64,000 nucleotides of DNA from Ginglymostoma cirratum (taxonomy: Eukaryota), in NCBI GenBank assembly GCA_024137785.1, contig JAHRHZ010000069.1, positions 14,519,235 through 14,583,234 of the forward strand, read 5' to 3'. The notes beneath the pieces were generated by a model. That model did no database searches. It saw nothing but the letters and a program-made list of their open reading frames with translations, and was not told where the DNA came from. Position numbers and translations under genes: made by a program. Below, one piece after another: positions 39,738-51,533 of the stretch; positions within the stretch are counted from its first letter, which is position 1; the number at the start of each line of letters is the position of its first letter.

Positions 39738-40188
39738 GATAACACAGTGTGGAGCTGGAGGAGTATTTCTGAGATGATTTCTGAAGAAGGGTCCCGACCT
39801 GAAACATCAACGTGGGAGGGATGCCGAGAAATACACAAAGATAAGAATATAAATTATTGTGGTGCAGTCGTGATGTTTGTAACGTTCGGCCAGGAAGCCT
39901 CATCTATTCCAGAGGTGTTTCATACCATATCTGGATAGATTCATTTCCAATATACACACAATAAATGGCCGGCCAGTGACAAATTCGTGAAGGGATAGTA
40001 AGAACTGCCGATGCTGGAGTGAGAGATAACAGTGTGGAGCGGGAGGAACACAGCAGGCCAGGCAGCATCACAGGTGCAGGAAAGTTGATGTTTCAGGTCG
40101 GGACTCTTCTTCAGAAATCATCTCAGAAATACTCCTCCCGCTCCACTCTGTTATCTCTCACTCCAGCATCGGCAGTTCTTACTATCCC
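39738..40188. mobile_element. Rearranged Penelope-type insert containing an inverted copy of its flank
   Basis: 13-bp TSD TTCACGAATCTGT (39725-39737, 40189-40201), two oppositely oriented hammerhead-like cores, and internal inverted repeats. Confidence 0.75.
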
Positions 40189-40364
40189 TTCACGAATCTG
40201 TCACTGGCCATTTATTGTGTGTATATTGGAAATGAATCTATCCAGATATGGTATGAAACACCTTTGGAATAGATGAGGCTTCCTGGCCGAGAGTTACAAA
40301 CATCACGACTGCACCACAATAATTTATATTCTTATCTTTGTGTATTTCTCGGCATCCCTCCCAC

Positions 40365-40822
40365 TTCACTCCCACCTCCCACTCTGTTCTCTTCTCCATT
40401 CACTCCTGCCTCCCACTTTGCTCTCTTCTCCATTCACTCCCACCTCCCACTCTGCTCTCCATTCACTCCTGCCTCCCACTCTGCTCTCTTCTCCATTCAC
40501 TCCCACCTCCCACTCTGCTCCCTTCTGCATTCACTCCCACCTCCCACTCTGCTCTCTTCTATATTCACTCGCACCTCCCACTCTGCTCTCTTTTCAATTC
40601 ACTGCCACCTCCCACTCTGCTCTCTTCTCCATTCACTCCCACCTCCCACTCTGCTCTCTTCTATATTCACTCCTGCCTCCCACTTTGCTCTCTTCTCCAT
40701 TCACTCCCACCTCCCACTCTGCCCTCTTCTCCATTCACTCCTGCCTCCCACTCTGCTCCCTTCTCCATTCACTCCTCGCTCCCACTTTGCTCTCTTCTCC
40801 ATTCACTCCCAGCTCCCACTTT
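40365..40822. repeat. Minisatellite, about 34-bp unit (ttcactcccacctcccactctgctctcttctcca), about 13 copies
   Basis: Directly visible tandem array with variant units (tcctgcc vs tcccacc); it produces the repetitive ORFs in all three + frames. Confidence 0.92.
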
Positions 40823-41399
40823 TCCCTATATAGGAGCTCAGTTTCTTTTGGCCGTGCTGCCCCTGCGGTTCGTGGATTTCTCTCCGCAATGTAGGCGGGA
40901 GATTTAATGAGAATCAGAATCCCGTTGACAGTCCACAGGCAGTAGCTCGCATCTCTTTCATTTCAGTACGGGATTTTTTTTTGTTGAAGATTGTGAAGTG
41001 TGTGACTGATCCATTAATTGGTGGGATCGGGATGGTTTCGGAGTTGCTGCTGCTCGCTGCTCACATGGTATGGGGGGGAGGATTAAAACAGCTGCTGGGA
41101 GAAGGGTAACTGCACATTCATTCAGAATGAGGGGTATTATCACATTAGCACGCATCATCTCGTCTCCAGCAATACCGCAAAGGGTTATGTTTCAGCTGTG
41201 GACGTGTAACTGGATGTTATAAACTAATGCACAGTCTAGCTACTTTTTATTAATTCCGATCAAGACTAATTCGAAATTCCAAACCAGCATCGAAGAGACA
41301 GCCATAAAGAGATGGCTGGGGAAATTACAGTCCGATTGAAAACAAAACAAACAAAACTCTGAATCAATTTGTATTGCGAAACGAAATAATTAGAAGTTC

Positions 41400-42560
41400 C
41401 AAGGCACCATCCCACAGCGAGACGTTCTCACTGTCTGGAGAAGGTTATAGGTTACAACACAACGCTAAAGTTGAACGACTCGAAGTGAGTAAAGCACCGG
41501 GAGCAAAGACTGACCTCGACCGAAGTCTTTCCGTGTGTGTGTGTGTGTGGTGGGGGGGGGTGGGGGGAAGCAGTTTTGTCCCTCTTGGATAAGGAAGGCG
41601 GAGAGGGCGGTGCTTGGACACCCTGTTCTAGGAAGTCTCGGGCGAGCTGTTCCTCTCCAGTGAGAAGTGAACAGCCTCAGGCACCGAGGGACAGTACGCT
41701 GCTGCACCTTTGGACGTGAAGGGGGGGTGGGGGGCGTTCTGGAAACAAAATAAACAACTCATTGGTGCCCGAGAGCCCAGGACGTGCAGGCTGGGGAGGT
41801 GCATCCAAAACCAGAAAATGGGATTCGACCCCGAGCGTTTCAGTGAGGACGTGGATCCTGACTTCAAGTGCAACCTGTGCAATAAAGTGCTGGAGGATCC
41901 GCTGGCCACTCCGTGCGGGCACGTCTTCTGCGCCGGCTGCGTGTTGCCCTGGGTGGTGCAGAGGGGCAGCTGCCCGGTGCAGTGCCGCAGGCTCGGTCCC
42001 CGGGAGCTCAACCACGTCCTGCCGCTCAGGAACCTCATCCTCAAGCTGGAGATCCGCTGCGGTAACTGGGAGCGGGGCTGCGCCAAGGTGCTGAGGCTGC
42101 AGCACTTGGCCGAGCACGCCGAGATGTGCGAGTACGCGCTGGCTGAGTGCAGGAACCCGGGCTGCGGCCAGGCGCTGAGTCTGCGGGACGTGGACGCTCA
42201 CATGCGGGAGAGCTGCGAGCAGCGGGCGGTCGGTGTGTGCCAGCAAGGCTGCGGCTTGGTGCTGGTGCACAGGGAGCTCCGCCTCGACTCTCACTGCTGC
42301 GTGCAGGCTCTGAAAGCGCACGGCCAGGCGCTGCAAGCTCAGCTCACCGGTCTGCAGCGCCAGCTCAGAAAGCAGGCATTGAGAGCCGGCAAACGCGAGA
42401 AGTCGCTGCTCTCCCAGCTGTCAGCCCTGCAGAGTGAGCTGCAGATGGCAGCTCTCCGATACCAGAAGAAATTCACCGAGTACAGCGCCAGGATCCGCTC
42501 CCTGACTAAGAACAGCCCCGCTCCGTGCAGCGTGAGTGCCTTTTCTTGGGTCCTGCTTCA
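41400..42560. promoter_or_regulatory. CpG island over the promoter/5' UTR and exon 1 of the PDZRN3-like gene
   Basis: Marked rise in GC and CpG against an AT-rich, CpG-poor background. GC-box-like aggcgg/gggcgg near 41596-41610; (GT)n and G runs at 41533-41567. Confidence 0.7.
41818..42531 (+). CDS. PDZRN3: PDZRN3-like E3 ubiquitin ligase, coding exon 1 (RING finger, TRAF-type zinc finger, coiled coil)
   Basis: ATG in strong context (gaaaATGG). [48 protein letters not shown]...[12 protein letters not shown]...[18 protein letters not shown] matches recalled PDZRN3. 714 nt, phase 0, donor gtgagt at 42532. Confidence 0.93.
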
Positions 42561-42609
42561 GTTCCATGGGCTGGGACTGACACACTGACTCACTGTGTGA
42601 GACCAGTTC

Positions 42610-43930
42610 GGACATGGTGAGGGTCAGTGAAAGGGAGAGAGAGGTCAGAATCGGAGAGAGGCGTAGGGAAAAGTTGATGGGAAGGTGAGGTTGATGGGGG
42701 GAATATGGGAGAAAGAGAAGGGGGTAGAGAGATGATTGATGGAAGAAGGATAAGTGGTGGGAAAGGGAAGTGGGTGCTTAAGGGAGGGCCAGGGAAAGGG
42801 GCACTCGGAGAAGGGAAGGACCAGGTTATGGAGGGGCAGGGAGAAGTGAGTGTGGAGGAACGAGAAGGGGCCAGAGGAGAAAGAGGGAGTAAGTGAAGGG
42901 GGAAGTTAGTGGGAGGAGGGTGTGGCAGAGGGAAGTGGGTGGGGAAGGGAGGGGGTAGAGGAAGGGAGAGACTAGCCTATGGAGGTGTGGAGGGAGAGAA
43001 TGAGAGGGGCCAGGGGAATGGAGAGAGTGATGTTGGTATGGAACAAGGGGATGGAGTAGCCAGGAAAGGGAGGGTTGAGGGAATGAGATAGATGGCAAGG
43101 GAGGGAGGGGAGGCAATAGAGTGGAGTCATTAGGAATGAAGCAAGGGAGAAACAGGGCAGACAGAGACCAACAGAGACCCAGGGGCTAGAACAAGAGGTA
43201 AAATGTGGAGTGAGCAGGAGAAAGAGCGAGTGAAATGATATGATAGATGGAGTAAAAGAGAGAAAACATAGAGAGATGGAGCAAGAGAAGGAGAAGTGGG
43301 GAATCTGTGAGGGAGAAATGGGAGATCAGAAAGAGAGAGAGGAAGAAATGTAGGATCATAGAGAAAGGGAGAGAGAAAAGTAGAGGATTGGAATGGGTGA
43401 GAAAGTAGGAATGGAGCAAAAGAGAGAAACTGGAGGGATGAAGCAAGACACAGAGAGAAACAAGAGTGGTAATGGATCAAAAGAAAAAGAGGGAACAGGG
43501 TGAGAGATGAGGGTGAGGGTGACAGTAGGAGAAGAGATTACTGAGAGGCGGAAAGTGTATCATAGTGATGGCAAGGGACAGAGGGAGAAGAAGAGAGAGA
43601 GGAGTCAGTTAATCATGGTGAAATAGACAGGAAAAAAGTGAAAGGTGAGGGGAGATGGAGAGAGTGAAAGGAATGAGGGCCAGGGTGAAGGAGAGAGAAA
43701 GGGGCAACTATGGGGAAGAGACAAAGATGGAAATGGTGTGAGAAAGGGGGCAAGTGGGTGGGAATGCCGACAGAGGGGAATGGTGAGAAAGAATGGGACT
43801 GATGATGATGACAATGGATGACAGATCAGTTACTCGTGGTGGAGGAATGGGAGAGGAGGTAAGCTGTGATTAGGAAGTGTAGAGCAAAGTAAGAGTTAGT
43901 AGTTTGGAGTATGAGGTGAGTGAGGAATTT
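42610..43930 (+). repeat. Low-complexity purine-rich (GA) tract at the start of intron 1; similar tract at 44985-45305
   Basis: About 1.3 kb dominated by G and A with very few C. Confidence 0.85.
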
Positions 43931-44631
43931 TAAATGGACATGATGCATGTGATAGTGACAGTTGCAGTCCATGAACCTTGAAGAGCAGTGTGCAGCGGGA
44001 GAGTTTGAGTGAGTGCTGGCCCTGTGAGTGTGAGGTAGCAGAGAGAAAATGGTAGAAGTTACCTTGGTGGAGCACAGAGGACCATTAACCTTCTGTCTGC
44101 ACTGCAGTATGTTGCATTTCAGTTGGATACTGACCTGGGCTACTACATGAGTCCAGGCACGCTGAGTCAGCTAGCGTGACCGCTTTTGCTGGTCAGCAGG
44201 AAAAAGCAGTGTTCTTATTTTCCGTACACAATCTACCAGCACCTTGGGTCCTTGTCACCAAACAGTGAAGCTATTTGCCTTTCTTCGGTCATTTCCTTAG
44301 GGCTAACACTGAAATACCACAGTGTGAAGTCCAAAGGCCAGTTCCTTGTTTGCAGCTCGTGAGTGGTATGAAGCTAGGCTTTAAAAGTGGTGTACAGCAG
44401 AATGAAGCCCCGGCAGCAGCAAGCACTTCTGTCTCTCCAGCTACTCAATGGTCACCAGTGAGGCCAGTTTCATGTTTAATGAGATGAAGATGGGACGATT
44501 GCATGCAAAAAAATCAACATGGGGTCACAGCAGACTGATACCAGGAATCTCGCTTGAGAAAATACTTTGGCAACAAACAGGAAGATACAAACCATGGACT
44601 GAGTGGATAGCTCAGATAGAATGAGAGATCG

Positions 44632-44960
44632 TAGAATCACTACAGTGTGGAAAGAGGCCACTCGGCCCATGAATTCAAGACCAAACCTCCAAAGAGCACC
44701 CTACTGAAACCCAGTCTCCCTACCCTGTCCCTGTAATCCCACATTTACCTTGGCTAATCCACCTAACCTGCCCACGATGCGGCAATTTAGCATGGCCAAT
44801 CCACCTAATACGCATATCCCTGGATGTTGGGAGGAAACTGGAGCATCCGGTGAAAACCCATGCAGACACGGGGAGAACATGCAGTCACCCAGTACTAGAG
44901 TCAAACTGGGTCCCTGGTGCTGTGAGGCAGGAGTGCTAACCACTGAACCATTGTGCCACT
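44632..44960 (-). mobile_element. HE1-like V-SINE
   Basis: Reverse complement of ggttagcac...gcctcacagcaccagggaccc...ttctccccgtgtctgcatgggtttt...ggattggccatgctaaattg, with a CR1-type tail. Confidence 0.85.
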
Positions 44961-46306
44961 TGGTGGAAAGGCATTGTGAACAGAGAGTGAAAAAAAGGTG
45001 GGGTGGCATGGGTTGGGGAGTGAGCAGACAGAGACAACCAGAGAAGGGATTTAGAGAAGGGGAGTTATAAAGAGGAAGAGGCTGAGTGTCAGAGAGAGTG
45101 GGAGGCAGAGGGGGTAAAGGGGATGGCAGAAGAGAACGAAATGAAGCGAGGGGGTAACAGATGAACGGAGAGAGAGAAAGAAAGGGTAGAGTAGATAGAC
45201 TAGGAAAGGCTGGACAGAGAGAGAGAGACAGAGAGAGGCAGACAGGAGGTAGACACAGAAAGAAATGGAGGGATGGACAAAGTGCGAGAGGTCGCAGAGG
45301 AGATACACACATCCAGTGGTGTGGATATCTCCAGTGCTGGCTGGCTGTGTTCTTAACACAGGTTCCTAACAGGTGAGTCAGGACAGGCAGACGTACACAG
45401 ACAGAAACAGCTGGTGCTGGGCAGTAAAGACACTTATGCAATACACATACGGACATGGACACACCAGCAAACATTTGTGACACATCACACACAGATAACT
45501 GCAAGTTGGACAACATGCAGAATCAGTTAACACAACCACACACATCTAGCTGTTCAAGTTCCAGTTAGAGCCACAGTTCCTCAGTTTAAATATATTTGCA
45601 TATACAACTTTATGAAAAGGAAACAATTTAAACTTGTTCTGTGAAATGGTCAACGACACAACTTTCCCTCAAACATTTTGAGGTTCCCACTGCAGATTTG
45701 TATATTTTGGACCAGGGTGCTGTTTTGAGATGAGAACGGTTCTTTAATTCTATACTTAGTTTAGCCTATCATGGAGGTCGGGGATATTTTGCAGCCACGT
45801 CAAACCTTTTATACCAAATTGAATGATAGCTGAATAGCTTTGCACCCCACTTCTCCCAGTTATGCTTGTCGTACAAATAACACTGTGGCTAAATTTTCAA
45901 CTTGTTTCTAATGGCAGAACAAAATGTCCAGTGCTTTTGAGGTTTCTTTGAACAAAACATCATCTTAGAACTAAAGACTAGGAATAAATAGCCCAGGATA
46001 AATCCCCAAACCCCCACCACACCACTGTATGCAGTGTGAGGTTGGAGGAAGATTGCATGTTAGAGTGGTATTTGTGCCATCAAACACTGCAAGATCAGTC
46101 TCAATTCAATTTTTCCAAGTGTTTTGACCCCCAGAAGTTGTTAACATATTTTGTGTGTGATTCTGGTTTTCTGGTTGGTGAACTGGTTTACAAATTTCTT
46201 TCATCTAAATTATATTTTCTACTTCAGCCTATTATGGCAATTAGTAGCTAATTGCTAAATCAGTTGTTCTCAGCTCGACTGTCTAACACTTGCAATCTGT
46301 TTCTAG

Positions 46307-46387
46307 GGAGGAGAAACATTGACCATCATCATGCAGCGGGACTCGGGTTCCCTGGGATTTAATATCATTGGTGGCAGACCTTGTGCG
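46307..46387 (+). CDS. PDZRN3: PDZRN3-like coding exon 2 (start of PDZ1)
   Basis: Acceptor tgtttctag. 81 nt encoding [27 protein letters not shown], including the SLGF carboxylate-binding loop. Donor gtatgt, phase 0/0. Confidence 0.93.
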
Positions 46388-46694
46388 GTATGTATCTTCA
46401 TACATCCCTGTTATAATTCAAGATGATTGAGCAGTATTTTCAAAACGTGTCTCCCTGTTGGAATGTGGAACAATGGTTGTGCTCAGGGTTCAGCAATAAG
46501 AGCATCTGATCTCTGTGACGTCCCTTGCAGAAGAACTGAACATGTTCTTTTCTCTGCATTGAATTAGTTTCCACAACAGAGCTCAAACAATATATTTATG
46601 GTTCACATTCATGACGCAAATGAAATATCTGTGGCAGCTCCTGCAATTTTTCACAAGGAAGCGGTAGGTTAGAATAATTAAAATGTGCCTTTAT

Positions 46695-47088
46695 CAGCTG
46701 TGGCTCAATTGGTACCATTCTGGCTGTGAGTCACTATTCCAGGATTTTGACCATGCAAGAGTCAAGGTTGAAATTCTTGGCTGTGTTTTTAAACTGACTT
46801 CCCATCTGCTTCCTGTGATAGATGTAAAATAGTCCATGGCATTATTTTAAAGAGTGAGGGAGGTTTTTTGGCTGTCCTGGCCTTATTTATTGCTCAATTA
46901 AGGTTAGAATAACAAACGATCTCCTCATTATCAGTTTATTGTTAGTATATATTGCTGTGTGTAAATTGGCTGTCCTGTTTCCAATGTTACAATAGTGACT
47001 CTCCATCGAAAATACCTCATTGGCTTTAAAGTAATTTTGAGATATTTGGTGGTGGGAAAAGTGCAATATAAATGCCAATCTTTCTTCT
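46695..47088 (+). mobile_element. DeuSINE (SacSINE1-like) copy
   Basis: Head gctgtggctcaattggtacc, Deu-domain motifs gatgtaaaatagtccatggcattattt and tgtcctggcc, tail gaaaagtgcaatataaatgc. A partial copy lies at about 32890-33030. Confidence 0.7.
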
Positions 47089-47666
47089 TTTCTGATCCTA
47101 GTTGTTGCTGTTGTGTTTTGTCTCAGAGTTTTAAGAGATATAGTATGTCAGGATACCTTAAGATCTATGTTCACGATATCGTCAATGCATCATAGTATGT
47201 GATGTGACAGCATGAAGACATCTGACTTCCTCTTAACTTGATTGTTTGAACCATACATACTTCAAGAGGTTATGTTGTAATTTAATCACTTGATGTTAGC
47301 CCAGACACCTATGTGCCTGTGAATATACTGTTTGTATATTAATAGTTAGCTGTAATAAGCATCCACTGGTTTCATCAACACCATGATATCCATGCCCAGT
47401 TACTTACGTCTTGGAGATAACATAAGCATTGCTACATCAGATAAAATAACCTGATGGAGGCAAACTCTATAAAGAAAGCTACAGTGTGTTAGCAGTATAT
47501 ATTTGGAAAGCTAATTGAATGTCAACTGGTCAACAGCTTTGAATATTTCCGTATTCAGACCATGACTTTCTGAACTTTCAGAATCAAACTGTAGTGCCAG
47601 TATCCAAGTTCATCTTGGCTCCCTGAAATCTTCTATCTGGTAAACATCAATGATATAAACATCAAT

Positions 47667-47789
47667 GGGGCGGCACGGTGTCTCAGTGGTTAGCACTGCT
47701 GCCTCACAGTACCAGGGACCGAGGTTCGATTCCAGCCTCGGGCATCTGTCTGTGTGGAGTTTGCACGTTCTCCCTGTGTCTGCGTGGGT
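47667..47789 (+). mobile_element. HE1-like V-SINE 5' part, truncated by the gap
   Basis: gggcggcacggtgtctcagtggttagcactgctgcctcacag...ggttcgattcc...tgtgtggagtttgcacgttctccc. Confidence 0.85.
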
Positions 47790-47889
47790 NNNNNNNNNNN
47801 NNNNNNNNNNNNNNNNNNNNNNNNNNNNNNNNNNNNNNNNNNNNNNNNNNNNNNNNNNNNNNNNNNNNNNNNNNNNNNNNNNNNNNNNN
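47790..47889. other. Assembly gap (100 N)
   Basis: Run of N. Confidence 0.99.
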
Positions 47890-47899
47890 ACCAGCGCAG

Positions 47900-50800
47900 T
47901 GGATTTCAGTGCAGTCACAGGTGATGAGATTCAAATCGCACACAGCAGTGGAATAGACCATACCATCAAATCAGTCAACAACCTCATACACTCGTATCTG
48001 GAAGGATTGAACTGTTTGCTAATTTTAAGGGTAATGTGTTATTGTATTTTAAGGGTGATGTAACCCCATTTATTGATCTTCCAAGGTCGTTCAGCATTTA
48101 CATTCAGGAAAACCTTCATGTGGAACTTCGAAGATAGAACAAAATGGTGTAATGTAAAAGAGTGCCCAGCACACAAATTGCTGTTGCTCCATCTTAAAGA
48201 AAGCTGGCACTATATGAATCTGTCTAGATCCAAGACATGTCAACCTTTCACTTAAAGGTGTCCATGCAAGATAACGAAACTGGAAGAGCTAAATTTTCTT
48301 GAGCAATGTTCTTTCCAAAGCTAGATGTAAAACATTGATACTGGCCTCTCCATTTAGCAGAAGAATCCCAAGAGCCTATGACATTTTGGACACTATTGGA
48401 TAGTACTATTTTCATCATTTACCATTTAGGTTCTAATGTTAAGACATGTTCTACTAGTACATAGAAAGCATTGTTGAAAATATACCTGGTTATGTTTGAT
48501 AGCTGATGATATTGTGATCATGGGCAAGATGAAGGCAGGTATGATCACAACCTTCACCTACAAATGACAGCAGCGTAATGGCAAGAATTATCAGTTAACA
48601 GCACAAGAAGGTGGTCAGTTTTAGCCAGACATATTTCTCAGGGTCAATGTGCTATGCCAATGGAGTCTGTCTTGATTTGTGGTAAGACGAAGGATGTAAA
48701 ACAAATGCCGACCCTGCAGATTAAGGAAGATCTGTGATGCTGCCTCGAGTTATGTATTCTCTCTATATATTCCCAGTTTCATGGACGAGGTATCTCTGCT
48801 GAGAGACCTACTCAAGAAGGATGTCCTCTGCAAGTGGAAAGATGACTAATATGTCTTTGGTTCTTTCAAACATGTCCTGTCAGCAAAATCTTGCCTGCTG
48901 CAGAATGATAATTCTCAAGATGAAGGAATATTAAAAAGGCCCACGCACATGTCTTTTGCAAGACGATAAAGCTATTGCTCTTGTTTTGGATAACCTGTGA
49001 TCTGCTCAAGTCAGCTATTCCAATGTACAGTTCAAGACATTTATTTAGCAAGAAATTCATTATTGGTACAGATCATAAGCCAGTAGACGTGACCTGCCTT
49101 AAACCATAAATGAGGCACAACCATGTTTGTCGTACCTGCACGTTACGGTGCAAGGATATAACTTTAAAGTGAGATATAATCTGGGTAACGGGAGCAGTAT
49201 GCCTAACATGCTGAGCAAATTACCCAACCCACACAAGGACCAAAATATTCCTCATGATCAACACATTGATGCTCTAGATTATGAAGCAGAAGATGTTCTC
49301 ACCTTTGACGTGTTACATTTTTGCCAGAGTCGATGTGAACAGTTGCAGTTGACAACTACGCAAGGTGAGCAACTGCAAAAGTTGCAGAAGATCATTATCT
49401 GGAGATGGCATGAATGTAATAAGTACCTGAAAGATTCATTCATCTTGGCAACACCGAGCCAAACTTGTTATAACACATAAAGCCCTTTTTCAAGGGCAAA
49501 TGAGTCCTAATACTGAAAGAATCCTGTCAGGATATCGTGACCATATTACACTGGGTATTGAATGCTCGAGATAGCTCGCACGTGCTGTATTGCATTTTAA
49601 GGGTGATGCAACCGCATTTATTTGTCTTCCAAGGTAGTTCAGCATTTACATTCATGCAAACCCACCAGTGGAAATTTAAAGATGGAACAAAATGGTATAA
49701 TGTGAAAGGGTGCCCAGCACACAGATTGCTATGTTCCATCATACGTGTTTTAATGAAAGATGGCACCATATGAGTATGCCTAGATCCAAGGTATGTCAAC
49801 TTTTCACTTAAAGGTGTCCACGCAAGGTCATGAAGCTGGAAGAATTAAATTTTCTTACAAGATTCTTTCCAACACTGGATGTGAAACATTGATTCTGGCC
49901 TGTCTATTTAGCAGAAGAATCCCAAGAACATTTAGAACACTGTTTGGTTAGTACCATTTTCAAGGGCAAATGAGTCTTCGCATCAAAAGAATCATGTCAA
50001 GATATCATGTCCCTATTATACTGGGGTATTGAATGCTCAAGATAGCTTGCACATTTATCTGTGTACAGGCCAGAGATGGATGAGTATATTTAATGATTTG
50101 TAACCACCTATGAGGCAAGTTAAAGGTATCAGCTGCAGCAGTAAATGAGTCCCTGCATTCACACACTGTTCCACCTCCTTCTTGGATGAAAATCGCAACA
50201 GACCTTTACCCAATGCACAGGCAAATTACATCCTTGTGATGCATTAATTCTCCACGTTTCCCATTGTTCGACCACATAACAACACGACGAACATGACTGA
50301 CATAGTGAGCATTATTTTCTGTTTATCCTGTCTCCTGGATCAGGTAATACCTGACAGTGGATGGCAATACTCCAAACAAACCATCTTGATACATGTACAC
50401 TAATTGTAAGTGACCCATTATCACATTACCACCTCACTACCCACACTAATGTGGGTCAGCAGAATGATTGGACAGTATGTACCATCCAATGATCATTATG
50501 TGTTAAGCGACAAAGCAAAATTTGCCCTTTGCATTGCTACTTTTTCATGCAGCACCAGATGAGAAGGAATCACTAACACCAGCACAACTTATGCTCGGAG
50601 ACAAGTGCAAGAGTCCTTGCCCGACATTTAATTGTTGAATTGTTCCAAGACATAGGACATTCCCGTTCAAAGATAGTGGAGAATGAAAGCAATACATAAC
50701 AAATGAGGAAGTAGAGAATTATGAAAAAGGTGCACTGGGCTGACAGTTTGACTTTGAAATACAAATTCACATTCCTGGATACTAGCTAAGGTTTCTAAAA

Positions 50801-51010
50801 TATACCACCAGCCCAAATCGTACAGTCTTTATTGATCATGATGCTATATTCTGAAAGAAAAGAAGCCAGCTCAGACCAATATGCAGCACACCTGTCAAAA
50901 ACAGTGCACAAAGACAGTAAAGAAGAATTCTCTGATGACACTGATTGTACGGTGATGTTGAGTGCCAAAATTCCACAGCAAAACAACTAATTTATCAGAT
51001 AAGGAAGCTA
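47900..51010 (+). mobile_element. Decayed Ty3/Gypsy LTR retrotransposon pol (RT, RNase H, integrase)
   Basis: ICLDPRHVN, FPKLDVKH*YWPLHLAEESQEPMTF, LIADDIVIMG (RT); FIIGTDHKP..QGYNFKVRY...LSKLP (RNase H); ITLPPHYPH (integrase), in Gypsy order. Confidence 0.8.
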
Positions 51011-51411
51011 CCTTTCATATCTTTCCAGATGTGTGTACGATCACCCGATCAGGATGAACTGTCAGATCTCCAAAGCATGACTGATATTTGAAGTGTTAGT
51101 CTTGTAAACTCTATTTTATCTGTTTGTATAATTATCAAATTGGCACATTGTGTCTGTATCCAGCCATGTGTACGTTTTGGGATAAACTTTTACCTGTATG
51201 GTCAGTATACTTTTATGAGACATGGTTACGATATCATCATTGCATCATAGCATGTGACCTGAGTGTGTAATGATCCCTGGATCACGTGAATAATGACATG
51301 TTATGAGAAGCATGATGTTCCGTTGTAACTTCTGAGCTTGATGTTAGCTGAGAAACATATGTGCCTGTGAATGTCACGTTTGCATATAATGGCTAGCTGC
51401 TGTAATTGTCT

Positions 51412-51533
51412 CAGAGATAAAAGGTACTGCAGATGCTGGAGAATCCGAGATAACAAGCATGGGGCTGGGTGAACACAGCAGGTCAAGCAGCATCATAGGA
51501 GCAGGAAAACTTGATGTTTCGGGCCTAAACCCA
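51412..51533 (-). mobile_element. Short Penelope-type insert
   Basis: Same family as 10351 and 29854. 10-bp TSD GTAATTGTCT (51402-51411, 51534-51543). Truncated within the hammerhead stem II. Confidence 0.7.

Noticed and set aside
40365-40822. CRISPR-like periodicity
   Set aside because: Contiguous tandem units with no unique spacers, in a vertebrate context without cas genes.
40273-40907. Three ORFs of about 185 aa rich in Pro/Ser/His/Leu
   Set aside because: Products of the stop-free 34-bp minisatellite.
41710-41817. N-terminal extension of the 292-aa ORF
   Set aside because: It begins at TTG. Homology starts at MGF (41818), which has a strong Kozak context. The ORF tail beyond 42531 is intron read-through.
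41677-42336. 219-aa antisense ORF and other ORFs overlapping exon 1
   Set aside because: Shadow frames of a GC3-rich coding exon; no recognisable domain.
44701-45516. 271-aa minus-strand ORF
   Set aside because: Spans a low-complexity CT-rich tract and an HE1 SINE; no domain signal.
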